DNA from: a virus
Lineage: Duplodnaviria; Caudoviricetes
Length of the DNA: 51,234 bases
Reading direction: 5' to 3' (one strand)
Virus record (IMG/VR): IMGVR_UViG_3300049433_000104
Coordinates: 1 to 51,234 of that record
The notes below the pieces were generated by a model, which saw only the letters and a list, made by a program, of their open reading frames with translations, was not told the DNA's origin and searched no databases. A program made the position numbers and the translations under genes. Shown here one piece after another: positions 43,665 through 51,234 of this stretch (positions are counted from its first letter, which is position 1; the number at the start of each line of letters is the position of its first letter).

Positions 43665-44812
43665 GACAGCACCCCCGGCATGCCGTTGTGTTCGACGCCG
43701 TCCAAGTGCCTGCCCGCTTGCTTTTTGCCGACACGGTACAGGTCCGGTTCATCGTCGATATGGCCATCGGTGTTGGCGAGGTTTTCGCGGTCGAAAAACC
43801 ACTTCTCTCCAAACCAGTCGGCCGTCGCGACAATGCCGCGAGTTCGCTCCACATTTTCTCCGGGCGTCCAGATGCCCCACTGCTTGAAGAAAAACGCCGT
43901 GCCTGACTCGTGGCAGTCATCGCGAACGTCCCGCACCCAATCCGGATGCAATGGACGCGCTTTCTTGCCGCTCTCGCCGCCGACGATTACCCAATCGAGC
44001 TTGGTGACGCCGTCAGACTCGTTGCTGTAGGCTGAAGCCGAATCGCTGTTTTCAATCCACGCTTCGGCGGTCAGCGCATTCCAGCGTACATCGCAATCTT
44101 CATCACGATAGCGAATAGCCTTCAGGTCTATCGGTGCAAGCATGGGTTCTAGTGAAACGCCGCGCACCGCCGCCGGCGTCCGCAGGATCTCCGGAACGAA
44201 CTGGTCGGCATCTTTTTGTTCGCTGCAGGATGTCAGCAGCCAAACGTTCGGAAGCGGAAAATCGACATCCTCGATCGCGCCGGCCGCGCATGGCGAGTCG
44301 GTGACATCGGCCGCCGCTTGTCCCCAACGGCGCGCGAAGTCAGCATCGGAGCCGTGATAGCACCGCTGCATTTCTTCGAAATAAGCCCGCTGCCGCGCAG
44401 GACGCTTCGTCAGGATGATGAACGTATGCTGCGGACATAACGCCGCGACCGCGACAATCTTGTCCAGCCATTCATCCGACACCCACGCGCCGAACAGATC
44501 GGTCATTGAGCAGACAAAAATCCGTGTCGGCTTGCGCCACTTTAGCGGCGCGCGAAGCGTGGCTTCGTCCAGCTCAATTTCGACCTTGGCGCGGTTTCCG
44601 GGCTTGTAGGCAAGCCCGGTGCCACCGCGAGCCTGCGTCTTGTTCTGGCCTTCGGCGTAGCAGAGCTTGCAGCCCTCGTGAACATGTTCACAATGCCACC
44701 CGCGAACGCGAACCCGTTGACCGTCTTTGACAGTCCACCGATAGGCGCGGATCGGATTCCAGCTTTTACCTTTCGAACCGTCCGGATTGCGGGTCCACTC
44801 GATCGTCGTCAT
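43661..44812 (-). CDS. Phage Gp37/Gp68 (DUF5131) family protein
   Basis: TTIEWT, SWNP, C-x6-C-x2-CYAE, IFVCSMTDLF, LTKRP, SLEPML, WVIVGGESG, FFFKQWG. Confidence 0.92.
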   Translation of the reverse strand: MTTIEWTRNPDGSKGKSWNPIRAYRWTVKDGQRVRVRGWHCEHVHEGCKLCYAEGQNKTQARGGTGLAYKPGNRAKVEIELDEATLRAPLKWRKPTRIFVCSMTDLFGAWVSDEWLDKIVAVAALCPQHTFIILTKRPARQRAYFEEMQRCYHGSDADFARRWGQAAADVTDSPCAAGAIEDVDFPLPNVWLLTSCSEQKDADQFVPEILRTPAAVRGVSLEPMLAPIDLKAIRYRDEDCDVRWNALTAEAWIENSDSASAYSNESDGVTKLDWVIVGGESGKKARPLHPDWVRDVRDDCHESGTAFFFKQWGIWTPGENVERTRGIVATADWFGEKWFFDRENLANTDGHIDDEPDLYRVGKKQAGRHLDGVEHNGMPGVLS

Positions 44813-44994
44813 AGTGCCCTCGCCGCGCGCAGCACTTCATCACGCCGGCGCTCGATCAGCAGCGGGCAGTTTTCGCAGGCTTCGGTAAAACGTGTGCCGC
44901 ACTGTTCGAGGGCGCCGCCCGTCCAGTGCATTTGTCCGCAGCATTGATCGAACTCGGCCATCGGCATCGGCCTGGCATCCGTTGCTGACTTCAT
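44809..44994 (-). CDS. Small Cys-rich phage protein
   Basis: MKSATD start by ATGA overlap; CC...C...CENC. Confidence 0.55.
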   Translation of the reverse strand: MKSATDARPMPMAEFDQCCGQMHWTGGALEQCGTRFTEACENCPLLIERRRDEVLRAARAL

Positions 44995-45311
44995 CCTTCG
45001 GCCCTCGCTTTTTTCTCGTTTTGAAGCGCGACATAGGCTTCGGCCCGAAGGATCGGCAGCACGGCGCCAGCCAGGATCAGCCATTGCGATCCGGCGTAAC
45101 GATCACTGTCGCGGAATTCCTCGATCGCCACCGTCATGATCAGCGCCGCCCGCGTGGTGCGGATATTTTCGGCAGGCAGAGCGTCGGCATATCGAACTTC
45201 GACCGCGATCGCGTTCAGCCGCTCATACCAATCATGGTTGCCGTTCGGCCGCGTGATCACGCCTTCGGCAAAGACGATCAGTTCGGTAAGGGTTGACGAA
45301 ATTGGTCTCAT
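44991..45311 (-). CDS. Hypothetical phage protein (paralogue pair, copy 2)
   Basis: Start MRPISS by ATGA overlap. Confidence 0.6.
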   Translation of the reverse strand: MRPISSTLTELIVFAEGVITRPNGNHDWYERLNAIAVEVRYADALPAENIRTTRAALIMTVAIEEFRDSDRYAGSQWLILAGAVLPILRAEAYVALQNEKKARAEG

Positions 45312-45643
45312 GTTCGCTGCGCTCCGCTGGTTGCGAGTTCGGTGGACTCGTGACGCAACAAGGGAACGAATGCCTTCATGACAGCGCGCCACCGGCGGGC
45401 GCGTTTGCCGGTCGAGATCGCGGTGCGCATCATTGCGACCACCATCAACCGCGTCGGATCGGCGATCGCGTTGCAGCACGGATCGTGGCCGATCATCTGC
45501 AGCTCTAAGAGAATGCGTTCCGCTTCATGTCCAAGCTTCGCGCCGTCACTGCGGCCGTCGAGATAGCTTGTCGAAGCGGCGACGGCTTGCGCGGCGAGCA
45601 GGTTCGCAACTTCGGGCGCAGTAAAGTCCTTATGCTGCGGCAT
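45308..45643 (-). CDS. Hypothetical phage protein (paralogue pair, copy 1)
   Basis: Start MPQHKD, overlapping the end of the upstream gene. Confidence 0.6.
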   Translation of the reverse strand: MPQHKDFTAPEVANLLAAQAVAASTSYLDGRSDGAKLGHEAERILLELQMIGHDPCCNAIADPTRLMVVAMMRTAISTGKRARRWRAVMKAFVPLLRHESTELATSGAQRT

Positions 45644-45953
45644 CGCCGCCACGCCAGAAATTGCGGATGGAGGCCAGCCACGAGGGCAGTATCGGCCGGC
45701 CTCCATCCGCGTCCGGTCGGAGGGCAAGTCCGGCGGAATGGTTTAAGGGTCTAGTGGCGAATGATCGGCGCAGAGGATCGCGCTCAAAATCGCGCAGCTG
45801 CGCATCTGTCAGGCGAGGCACATCGCCGAAGGGGTGAAAGAACGGATCAGCCTGCGGGATGCTACGACGCAGGCTGATCCTCACGGCGCACGCAATGCCA
45901 AGCGCCGTGAATGCGAGAAGAACGCCAACTGTGATTTTCAGCGCAACAATCAT
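45630..45953 (-). CDS. Small membrane-anchored phage protein
   Basis: N-terminal TM helix; ATGA overlap. Confidence 0.6.
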   Translation of the reverse strand: MIVALKITVGVLLAFTALGIACAVRISLRRSIPQADPFFHPFGDVPRLTDAQLRDFERDPLRRSFATRPLNHSAGLALRPDADGGRPILPSWLASIRNFWRGGDAAA

Positions 45954-46351
45954 TCAGCGATCTCCAGTTGGAGCGCTTCGATTGCGCGCTGGCTTTCGAC
46001 CAGCTGTTTACGAGCCTTGTTGACATCGAGCTGCCGACGATACCGGACGATCCAATCTTCCTTGCTGCCGGCGACGACAACGAACAGCACGTCACGGCCG
46101 AACCGGGACCGCAGAAGCTTGACCAACTGTTTGCTATTTTCGACCCTGTCGCCGGACAGCAGTTTTTGACAGTTGCCAAGCGGCTCATCGATCAGGATCG
46201 CCAAGTGCTGCGCGGCCTTCTTCGTCGGCAGCAAGCTCTTCACTTTTTGCATGACCGGGGAAATCTGATTCCTATTCCGGAAATTCGGTTTCCGGGTTTG
46301 GGAACGCGCAGATTTGGTTGCACTGGCGCGAGTTGCTAGTTTCCCGTGCAT
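45950..46351 (-). CDS. CII-like regulator
   Basis: Directly after cro; HTH-like KKAAQHLAILIDEPLGNCQKLLSG; coiled-coil C-terminus. Confidence 0.55.
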   Translation of the reverse strand: MHGKLATRASATKSARSQTRKPNFRNRNQISPVMQKVKSLLPTKKAAQHLAILIDEPLGNCQKLLSGDRVENSKQLVKLLRSRFGRDVLFVVVAGSKEDWIVRYRRQLDVNKARKQLVESQRAIEALQLEIAE

Positions 46352-46557
46352 GTCCCGGTCCCCTGCATTTGTTCGCCGTGAGCTTGGAAAATCGCCTGGA
46401 CTTCGCGGGTCAGGGCCATGCGCCCCGGTCCACGGCTTGGCGGCCCTTCGGTTTCCCACCGATGCGCCGTGCTTTGATCGACACCGAAGCGCGCCCCAAA
46501 CGCCGACTGGCTTTCACCGGTCAGTTCGCGCGCCCGACGAATCATTTGTGCGTCCAT
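46336..46557 (-). CDS. Cro-like XRE HTH protein
   Basis: IRRARELTGESQSAFGARFGVDQSTAHRWETEG; divergent from cI. Confidence 0.85.
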   Translation of the reverse strand: MDAQMIRRARELTGESQSAFGARFGVDQSTAHRWETEGPPSRGPGRMALTREVQAIFQAHGEQMQGTGTCTGN

Positions 46558-46564
46558 GACCGAA

Positions 46565-46627
46565 CTATGCGCAACGCATAGTGATGGTCAATGCCTAACG
46601 CATACTATCCCTATGCATATTGCATTT
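46565..46627. promoter_or_regulatory. OR-like operator triplet and cro promoter
   Basis: 17-bp sites at 46565 (CTATGCGCAACGCATAG), 46589 and 46611; TTGACC -35 on the minus strand. Confidence 0.8.
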
Positions 46628-47242
46628 ATGACGGAACCTCACGAACGACTGCAAAAGGCCCGCGAAGAAGCGGGATATGCCGATGCAACCGCCGCGGCCG
46701 AAGCCATGGGGGTAAAGCTTCCCACCTATTGGGGACATGAGAACGGCAACCGCGGCCTAGCGCGAAGCGCCAGCCGGTACGCCGCTTTCTTTCACGTCTC
46801 GCTTGATTGGCTGTTGACCGGAAAGGGAACGCCGCGACGTACCAAATCGCCGGCAGAGAAACATGCCAGCGTGCCCCTGGTCGGCTATGTTGGTGCGGGT
46901 GCGGCCGCCAACTTTTTTTCGCAAGACAGCGGACATCTGGACGAAGTTCCGGCACCAGGAGGATCTTCGGAAGCAACCGTGGCCGTCGAAATTAGAGGTG
47001 ACAGTCTCGGGTCATTTTTCGATCGCTGGCTGGTCTTTTATGACGATGTCCGTCGACCAGTCACGTCCGATCTGCTGAACAAGTTATGCGTCGTCGGACT
47101 TGATGATGGGCGAATTCTGATCAAGAAAATACAACGCAGCAAAACGCGCGGGCACTACCATTTGTTGTCGCAGACCGAAGAACCTATCTTCGACGTTGCA
47201 ATTGATTGGGCGGCACTGGTGAAAAGCATGGTTCCCCGGTGA
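46628..47242 (+). CDS. CI-like repressor (XRE HTH + S24 peptidase)
   Basis: ERLQKAREEAGY..HENG..VSLDWLLTGKG; VPLVGYVGAG cleavage loop; IRGDS and LIKK catalytic dyad. Confidence 0.92.
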   Translation: MTEPHERLQKAREEAGYADATAAAEAMGVKLPTYWGHENGNRGLARSASRYAAFFHVSLDWLLTGKGTPRRTKSPAEKHASVPLVGYVGAGAAANFFSQDSGHLDEVPAPGGSSEATVAVEIRGDSLGSFFDRWLVFYDDVRRPVTSDLLNKLCVVGLDDGRILIKKIQRSKTRGHYHLLSQTEEPIFDVAIDWAALVKSMVPR

Positions 47243-47246
47243 CTTA

Positions 47247-47307
47247 GTGTGCGAAACGCATATCCCATGCGTTTCGAATTGACTTAACTATGCGTTACGA
47301 ATAGTTT
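47247..47307 (+). promoter_or_regulatory. OL-like operator triplet and PL-like promoter
   Basis: Sites at 47247, 47265 and 47288 match ATGCG-N3-CG(C/A)AT; TTGACT-N17-TAGTTT promoter. Confidence 0.75.
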
Positions 47308-47335
47308 TCTCCCGTCGAAAACACGGGAGAGATTC

Positions 47336-47623
47336 ATGCGCCGTTCCAGCTGCAACCGCCTGCCTGGCATTCGCTTCCACGCCCTGCCGGCGAACGCCAC
47401 CGTCCCGGCATTCATCGATAGCGCGCTGATCAAGCCCCGCGCCAGCCTGCAGGGACAAACCGCAACCCGCCAGATGGCCGACGATATGCGTCAGGCCGGC
47501 CACCGCGAAGGCGGCGTCACGCGCGACGATCTCAGCCGCATGGGCTGGACGCCGATGCAGATCGACACTCACGCCGCGGCCGCCAACATTCAGGCGCAGG
47601 CGATGTCCGGACTGACACTGTGA
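47336..47623 (+). CDS. Hypothetical early phage protein
   Basis: GGGAGA RBS; first gene after the PL-like promoter. Confidence 0.65.
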   Translation: MRRSSCNRLPGIRFHALPANATVPAFIDSALIKPRASLQGQTATRQMADDMRQAGHREGGVTRDDLSRMGWTPMQIDTHAAAANIQAQAMSGLTL

Positions 47624-47865
47624 TGAATCGGCGCGGTCACTTGCGTTTGTTGGACGGCCCGCTGGTCGACACGCAATCCGAACGCGACTCGTTGGTCGAG
47701 TCCATGGCCAACGATCTAGTTCACGCCGGCACCGCGAACGACGAAGCCGCCGCCATCCGATCGCTACGAAAACGCAGTTACGCGCCGGCCGACATCGTGA
47801 CGCTGGTCGACGACGCGCGCAACCTTGCACTTTGCGGAATCGTGTCCGCCGAAATGAGCAGCTGA
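47620..47865 (+). CDS. Hypothetical early phage protein
   Basis: Translationally coupled to the previous ORF. Confidence 0.6.
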   Translation: MMNRRGHLRLLDGPLVDTQSERDSLVESMANDLVHAGTANDEAAAIRSLRKRSYAPADIVTLVDDARNLALCGIVSAEMSS

Positions 47866-47866
47866 C

Positions 47867-48067
47867 ATGTCAGCGGCCGCGCCCCAAACGTTCACCGAAG
47901 AATGGCTGATCGGTGCGATCGGCCTGATCTCGGAAGTGATCGTCGAACATGGCGCGAAATACGGCCCTTGGCTTGATCTGCTGGAACGCGAGCTGGCCGA
48001 CATCAAGCGGCATGACGATCCGGTCAGCCGCGCCCGGCGCCACCTTGAACGACGGCCAGCTGCCTGA
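47867..48067 (+). CDS. Hypothetical early phage protein
   Basis: Follows the previous stop by 1 bp; convergent with and overlapping the 3' end of int. Confidence 0.55.
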   Translation: MSAAAPQTFTEEWLIGAIGLISEVIVEHGAKYGPWLDLLERELADIKRHDDPVSRARRHLERRPAA

Positions 48068-49385
48068 CGGCGTATTCCCCCGGCATCCCCGGCGCCAGCG
48101 CGATCATCTGAATATATTTCAGCTTCAACCGTAGACCGTGACCGTCGCCATACTTCGGCTTGCCGGTATTGTGGCCCATCAACTCGTCTTTGAGTTCTTC
48201 CGGCGTCTCGACTTCCCGCAACCGATCCTTGAAGCCGTGGCGCAGCGAATAAGCCGTGTGCAGATCGGACGGCTTCATGCCGTTCTCTTTGAGATATTTG
48301 TTCACGGCGGCCGAGAACGCATCGCCCTTGTCGAAATAACGCGGGAAACCATTCGGGAAGGCGCGCATCGCATCGAGCGAAATACCGATCAGCGGGATAT
48401 CTCGATATGACCAGCCGGTTTTTAATACGCGATCATCATCCCGCACCTGAATGTGCGGGATCTCCGCATCGAGCAGGATCCTATGCGGCTGGAGGTTGAT
48501 GATTTCAGACGGCCGCGCACCGGTGTTGACCATGACATGCACTGCGGCGCGTTCTTCATCGTTCATGCCATCGAGCGCACCAGGCGCTAGGATCACATTG
48601 ACGATGAAAGCGGCGTCGAACGGCTTGCGCGATCGCGACGTGCCGCCCTCCAGCCGCGTGCCGGCAAACACCGGATCAAGCCGCAGACGGTGTCGCTTGC
48701 TGACGGCGCGCAACATGCCGGTGATATGGGTTATGTTTTTATTAGCGGTGCCTTCCTGCAGGCCTTCGTCCAGCACCCGTTCTTCCCATCGGTCGCTGTA
48801 CTTAAGCGCGTCGTCCCGCGTCAGTTCGCCGATCGCTTTGTCGCCGACAACCTCGATCAGAATTTCAACGGCGCGCTTTTTAGCGGACTCCCATTTGCGC
48901 AGCTGGTTCGGCGAGAATTTTGCGATCGTGGTTTTCTTCGCGATCCTGTATTCGGCGAACAGTCCGGAAAGCTTGATGATCGGCAACGCCACGCCGCCAA
49001 GCACGGCGGCCGTCGTCGCGGCATCATGCCGGCGATCGCCCTTGGCCAGCTCGTCGACTCGCCGAATGATATCGGCCGCAGCTTCCGTTACCGCGGCTTC
49101 GATCGGCTTATACTCGAGTCCAAGGGCGCGCGCGCGTTTGCGGGCTTCGTCAACGTCGATCGACGCCTGCAGCGTGCCGGCACCGGCGCCGACACGCCAT
49201 GAAGCTTCCAGATCGAGATTGAGCCGATCGGCAACCCTGCCGGCGCGGACTCCAGCTCGATCGCCGGCAGCTCTGATCTTGGTGGAAAGCTTGATCACGC
49301 CGCGCGGGTCAACCGCGGCGAACTCTGCCGGCACCCGCCGCACAAAGTACCAGAGACCGTTCCGTTTGGTTAAACGCTCTGCCAC
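48024..49385 (-). CDS. int: Tyrosine integrase with a DUF6538-like N-terminus
   Basis: WYFVRRVP N-terminus; TGARPSEI, YSLRHGF, LMGH and KYG catalytic motifs. Confidence 0.95.
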   Translation of the reverse strand: MAERLTKRNGLWYFVRRVPAEFAAVDPRGVIKLSTKIRAAGDRAGVRAGRVADRLNLDLEASWRVGAGAGTLQASIDVDEARKRARALGLEYKPIEAAVTEAAADIIRRVDELAKGDRRHDAATTAAVLGGVALPIIKLSGLFAEYRIAKKTTIAKFSPNQLRKWESAKKRAVEILIEVVGDKAIGELTRDDALKYSDRWEERVLDEGLQEGTANKNITHITGMLRAVSKRHRLRLDPVFAGTRLEGGTSRSRKPFDAAFIVNVILAPGALDGMNDEERAAVHVMVNTGARPSEIINLQPHRILLDAEIPHIQVRDDDRVLKTGWSYRDIPLIGISLDAMRAFPNGFPRYFDKGDAFSAAVNKYLKENGMKPSDLHTAYSLRHGFKDRLREVETPEELKDELMGHNTGKPKYGDGHGLRLKLKYIQMIALAPGMPGEYAVRQLAVVQGGAGRG

Positions 49386-49395
49386 GGCTCGCTCG

Positions 49396-49419
49396 TGTTG
49401 GACAATTTGTTGGACAGTT
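49396..49419. promoter_or_regulatory. Putative integrase arm-type sites (right arm)
   Basis: TGTTGGACAATTTGTTGGACAGTT; matches 6673-6696. Confidence 0.7.
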
Positions 49420-49495
49420 TTGTCGCAACCGCGAGGTTTTTTGTCAATGAAATTAAAGTAATGCCCGATTTACAAGGATAACTTGCAATAAATCG

Positions 49496-49570
49496 TGGCG
49501 CTCCCTAGGGGAATCGAACCCCTGTTTCAGCCTTGAGAGGGCCGCGTCCTAACCGCTAGACGAAGGGAGC
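49496..49570 (-). tRNA. tRNA-Glu (CTC); its 3' 14 nt form the right att core
   Basis: GCTCCCTTCGTCTAGCGGTTAGGACGCGGCCCTCTCAAGGCTGAAACAGGGGTTCGATTCCCCTAGGGAGCGCCA folds as a cloverleaf with a CCA end. Confidence 0.97.
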
Positions 49571-49623
49571 GTGCGGTTGAAGGGAATAGCCTCGAAATCC
49601 AATTGCGGCAAGAGCGCCCTGCT

Positions 49624-49959
49624 CTAAGGTTCGTTGGCAAATTTCAGCTTGCCCGTAGGTTTCAGCGTCTTGGCGTCGAAGGTGCGGATTTCGATTACGC
49701 CGGCTATATCCAGCGTCACCACCAGGCGGTCGCCGGCGACGGCGGTGGAGACGATACGGGCGCCTTTCGGCAGCGTCGCCGTGGTATCGGTGGCGGGAGC
49801 ACTTTCGCCTGAGCGGAAAAGACGGTAACCGACGGCGATCAGCACCGCCGCCACCGCCAGCGCGGAGGTCAGGCCCGCGATCAGCATCATCCGCCGCACC
49901 CGCGCGAAAAGTGCTGCCTGCTCGGGGGTCGGTTCGGGCGCAACAGGTTGTTCGGTCAT
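49624..49959 (-). CDS. Small membrane protein
   Basis: One TM helix (IAGLTSALAVAAVLIAVGY); divergent from rluD. Confidence 0.8.
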   Translation of the reverse strand: MTEQPVAPEPTPEQAALFARVRRMMLIAGLTSALAVAAVLIAVGYRLFRSGESAPATDTTATLPKGARIVSTAVAGDRLVVTLDIAGVIEIRTFDAKTLKPTGKLKFANEP

Positions 49960-50962
49960 GCAAGGCTCGAATGGTCAAAGGCTGGAAGTCGTTGTCGACG
50001 GCGCCGAGGGTTTTGCGCGGCTCGACCGCGTGCTCGCAGCACGCCGGCCCGAACTGTCGCGGTCGCGGCTGAAGGCGCTGATCCTCGCCGGACAAGTCAC
50101 GATCAAAAACACCCCCATTCGCGACCCCGCTTATCATGTCGCCAAAGGCGATACGATCACAATCGACGTGCCGCAGGCCATCGCCGCCGAGCCTCAGGCT
50201 GAGCATATCGCGCTCGATATCGTCTTTGAGGATGACGACATCATCGTCATCAACAAGCCGAAAGGCCTGGTGGTGCATCCCGCCGCCGGACACGCGACCG
50301 GCACGCTGGTCAACGCGCTGATCGCGCATTGCGGGAGTAGTCTTTCCGGCATCGGCGGGGTGAAACGGCCGGGCATTGTGCACCGGCTCGACAAAGACAC
50401 CACCGGGCTGATGGTGGCGGCGAAGAACGACCGCGCCCACAAATCGCTGACCGAGCAATTCGCCGATCATGGCCGCACCGGCGCGATGCGGCGCGGCTAT
50501 ATGGCGTTTGCCTGGGGAGTTCCGAACCGGCAGCGCGGCACCGTCGATGCGCCGATCGACCGCCATCCGCATGCGCGGGAGAAGATGGCCGTGCGCGAAA
50601 GCGGCCGGCAGGCGATCACCCACTGGGAAATCACCGAGTCCTTCAACGGCCGGGACGGCAAGCCGATCGCGTCGCTGCTGGCCTGCCAGCTGGAAACCGG
50701 CCGCACCCATCAGATCAGGGTGCATCTGGCCCATATCGGGCATCCCTTGCTGGGCGATGGCGTCTACGGTCCGCATTTCAAGACCAAGGCCAGCCATCTC
50801 GGCCCCAACAGCCAAGCGGCGCTCGCAGCCTTGGGACGGCAGGCGCTCCATGCTTACCTGCTTACCATCGAGCATCCCCGGAGCGGAGAAATTCTCAGCT
50901 GGGAGGCGCCGCTGCCGGAGGATTTGCTTCTCCTGCAAAACGCGCTCCGAGCGGCGGAATGA
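49958..50962 (+). CDS. rluD: RluA-family 23S rRNA pseudouridine synthase
   Basis: S4 domain, INKPKGLVVHP, GIVHRLDKDTTGL, LETGRTHQIRVH, QALHA. Confidence 0.95.
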   Translation: MQGSNGQRLEVVVDGAEGFARLDRVLAARRPELSRSRLKALILAGQVTIKNTPIRDPAYHVAKGDTITIDVPQAIAAEPQAEHIALDIVFEDDDIIVINKPKGLVVHPAAGHATGTLVNALIAHCGSSLSGIGGVKRPGIVHRLDKDTTGLMVAAKNDRAHKSLTEQFADHGRTGAMRRGYMAFAWGVPNRQRGTVDAPIDRHPHAREKMAVRESGRQAITHWEITESFNGRDGKPIASLLACQLETGRTHQIRVHLAHIGHPLLGDGVYGPHFKTKASHLGPNSQAALAALGRQALHAYLLTIEHPRSGEILSWEAPLPEDLLLLQNALRAAE

Positions 50963-51178
50963 CGCACTACTTTGGTAAAAAAGCCGCCATGCCAACAGGT
51001 TATGCCAGCCACACGATGACGTGAGACCGGTTATCCTTCCATCCGGTCCCCCGTTTAGTGTATGCTGCACCTGCGTTGAATATCCAACGCGGAACATCGC
51101 AGCGCGGCTGGCTTTAACACAGCGGCCGTCTGCCGGGTCCGCCGCTATCGGGGACCTGAACCACTGGAGGGCGCTAAA

Positions 51179-51234
51179 ATGGCCCGTACAGCTACCTTGC
51201 CGGTCCTCAACGGAGAATCCGGCCTCTCTCGCTA
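51179..51234 (+). CDS. rpoH: RNA polymerase sigma-32 factor (5' fragment)
   Basis: GGAGG RBS; MARTATLPVLNGESGLSR; rluD-rpoH synteny typical of alphaproteobacteria. Confidence 0.8.
   Translation, partial: MARTATLPVLNGESGLSR

Larger units (their letters stand above)
6588..49509. mobile_element. Intact-looking temperate prophage (HK97-type head, siphovirus tail) integrated in tRNA-Glu
   Basis: att repeats, integrase next to the tRNA, and immunity, replication, packaging, head, tail and lysis modules in canonical order. Confidence 0.95.

Noticed and set aside
49556-51097. 513-aa minus-strand ORF
   Set aside because: Antisense shadow of rluD that also runs into the tRNA.

Overview
High-GC alphaproteobacterial chromosome, Bradyrhizobium-like judging by the rpoH N-terminus and the GTCATTCCGG-type intergenic palindrome. 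An apparently complete ~42.9 kb temperate siphovirus-type prophage (6588-49509) is integrated at the 3' end of tRNA-Glu(CTC) and flanked by a 14-bp att core, TGGCGCTCCCTAGG. It encodes an integrase, a cI/cro switch with two operator triplets, early genes (DUF5131, a tandem-repeat protein, an MT-A70 methylase, TSCPD, ParB-like), a Prim-Pol/SF3 primase-helicase with an iteron-rich putative origin, an HK97-type head, a non-contractile tail with a -1 frameshifted chaperone, a moron and an unusual lysis cassette. Just outside the left att is a lower-GC two-gene islet (3282-6488): an Hsp70-like protein with only the nucleotide-binding domain, plus a helical protein ending in a GrpE-like domain. The islet is bounded by a degenerate third copy of the att core and is the best candidate for an undescribed, possibly anti-phage, system. 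Host genes are a xanthine dehydrogenase-family Mo subunit (partial), a DHDPS-family lyase and an FAD oxidoreductase on the left, and a membrane protein, rluD and the start of rpoH on the right. All calls come from reading motifs by eye; no searches were run.
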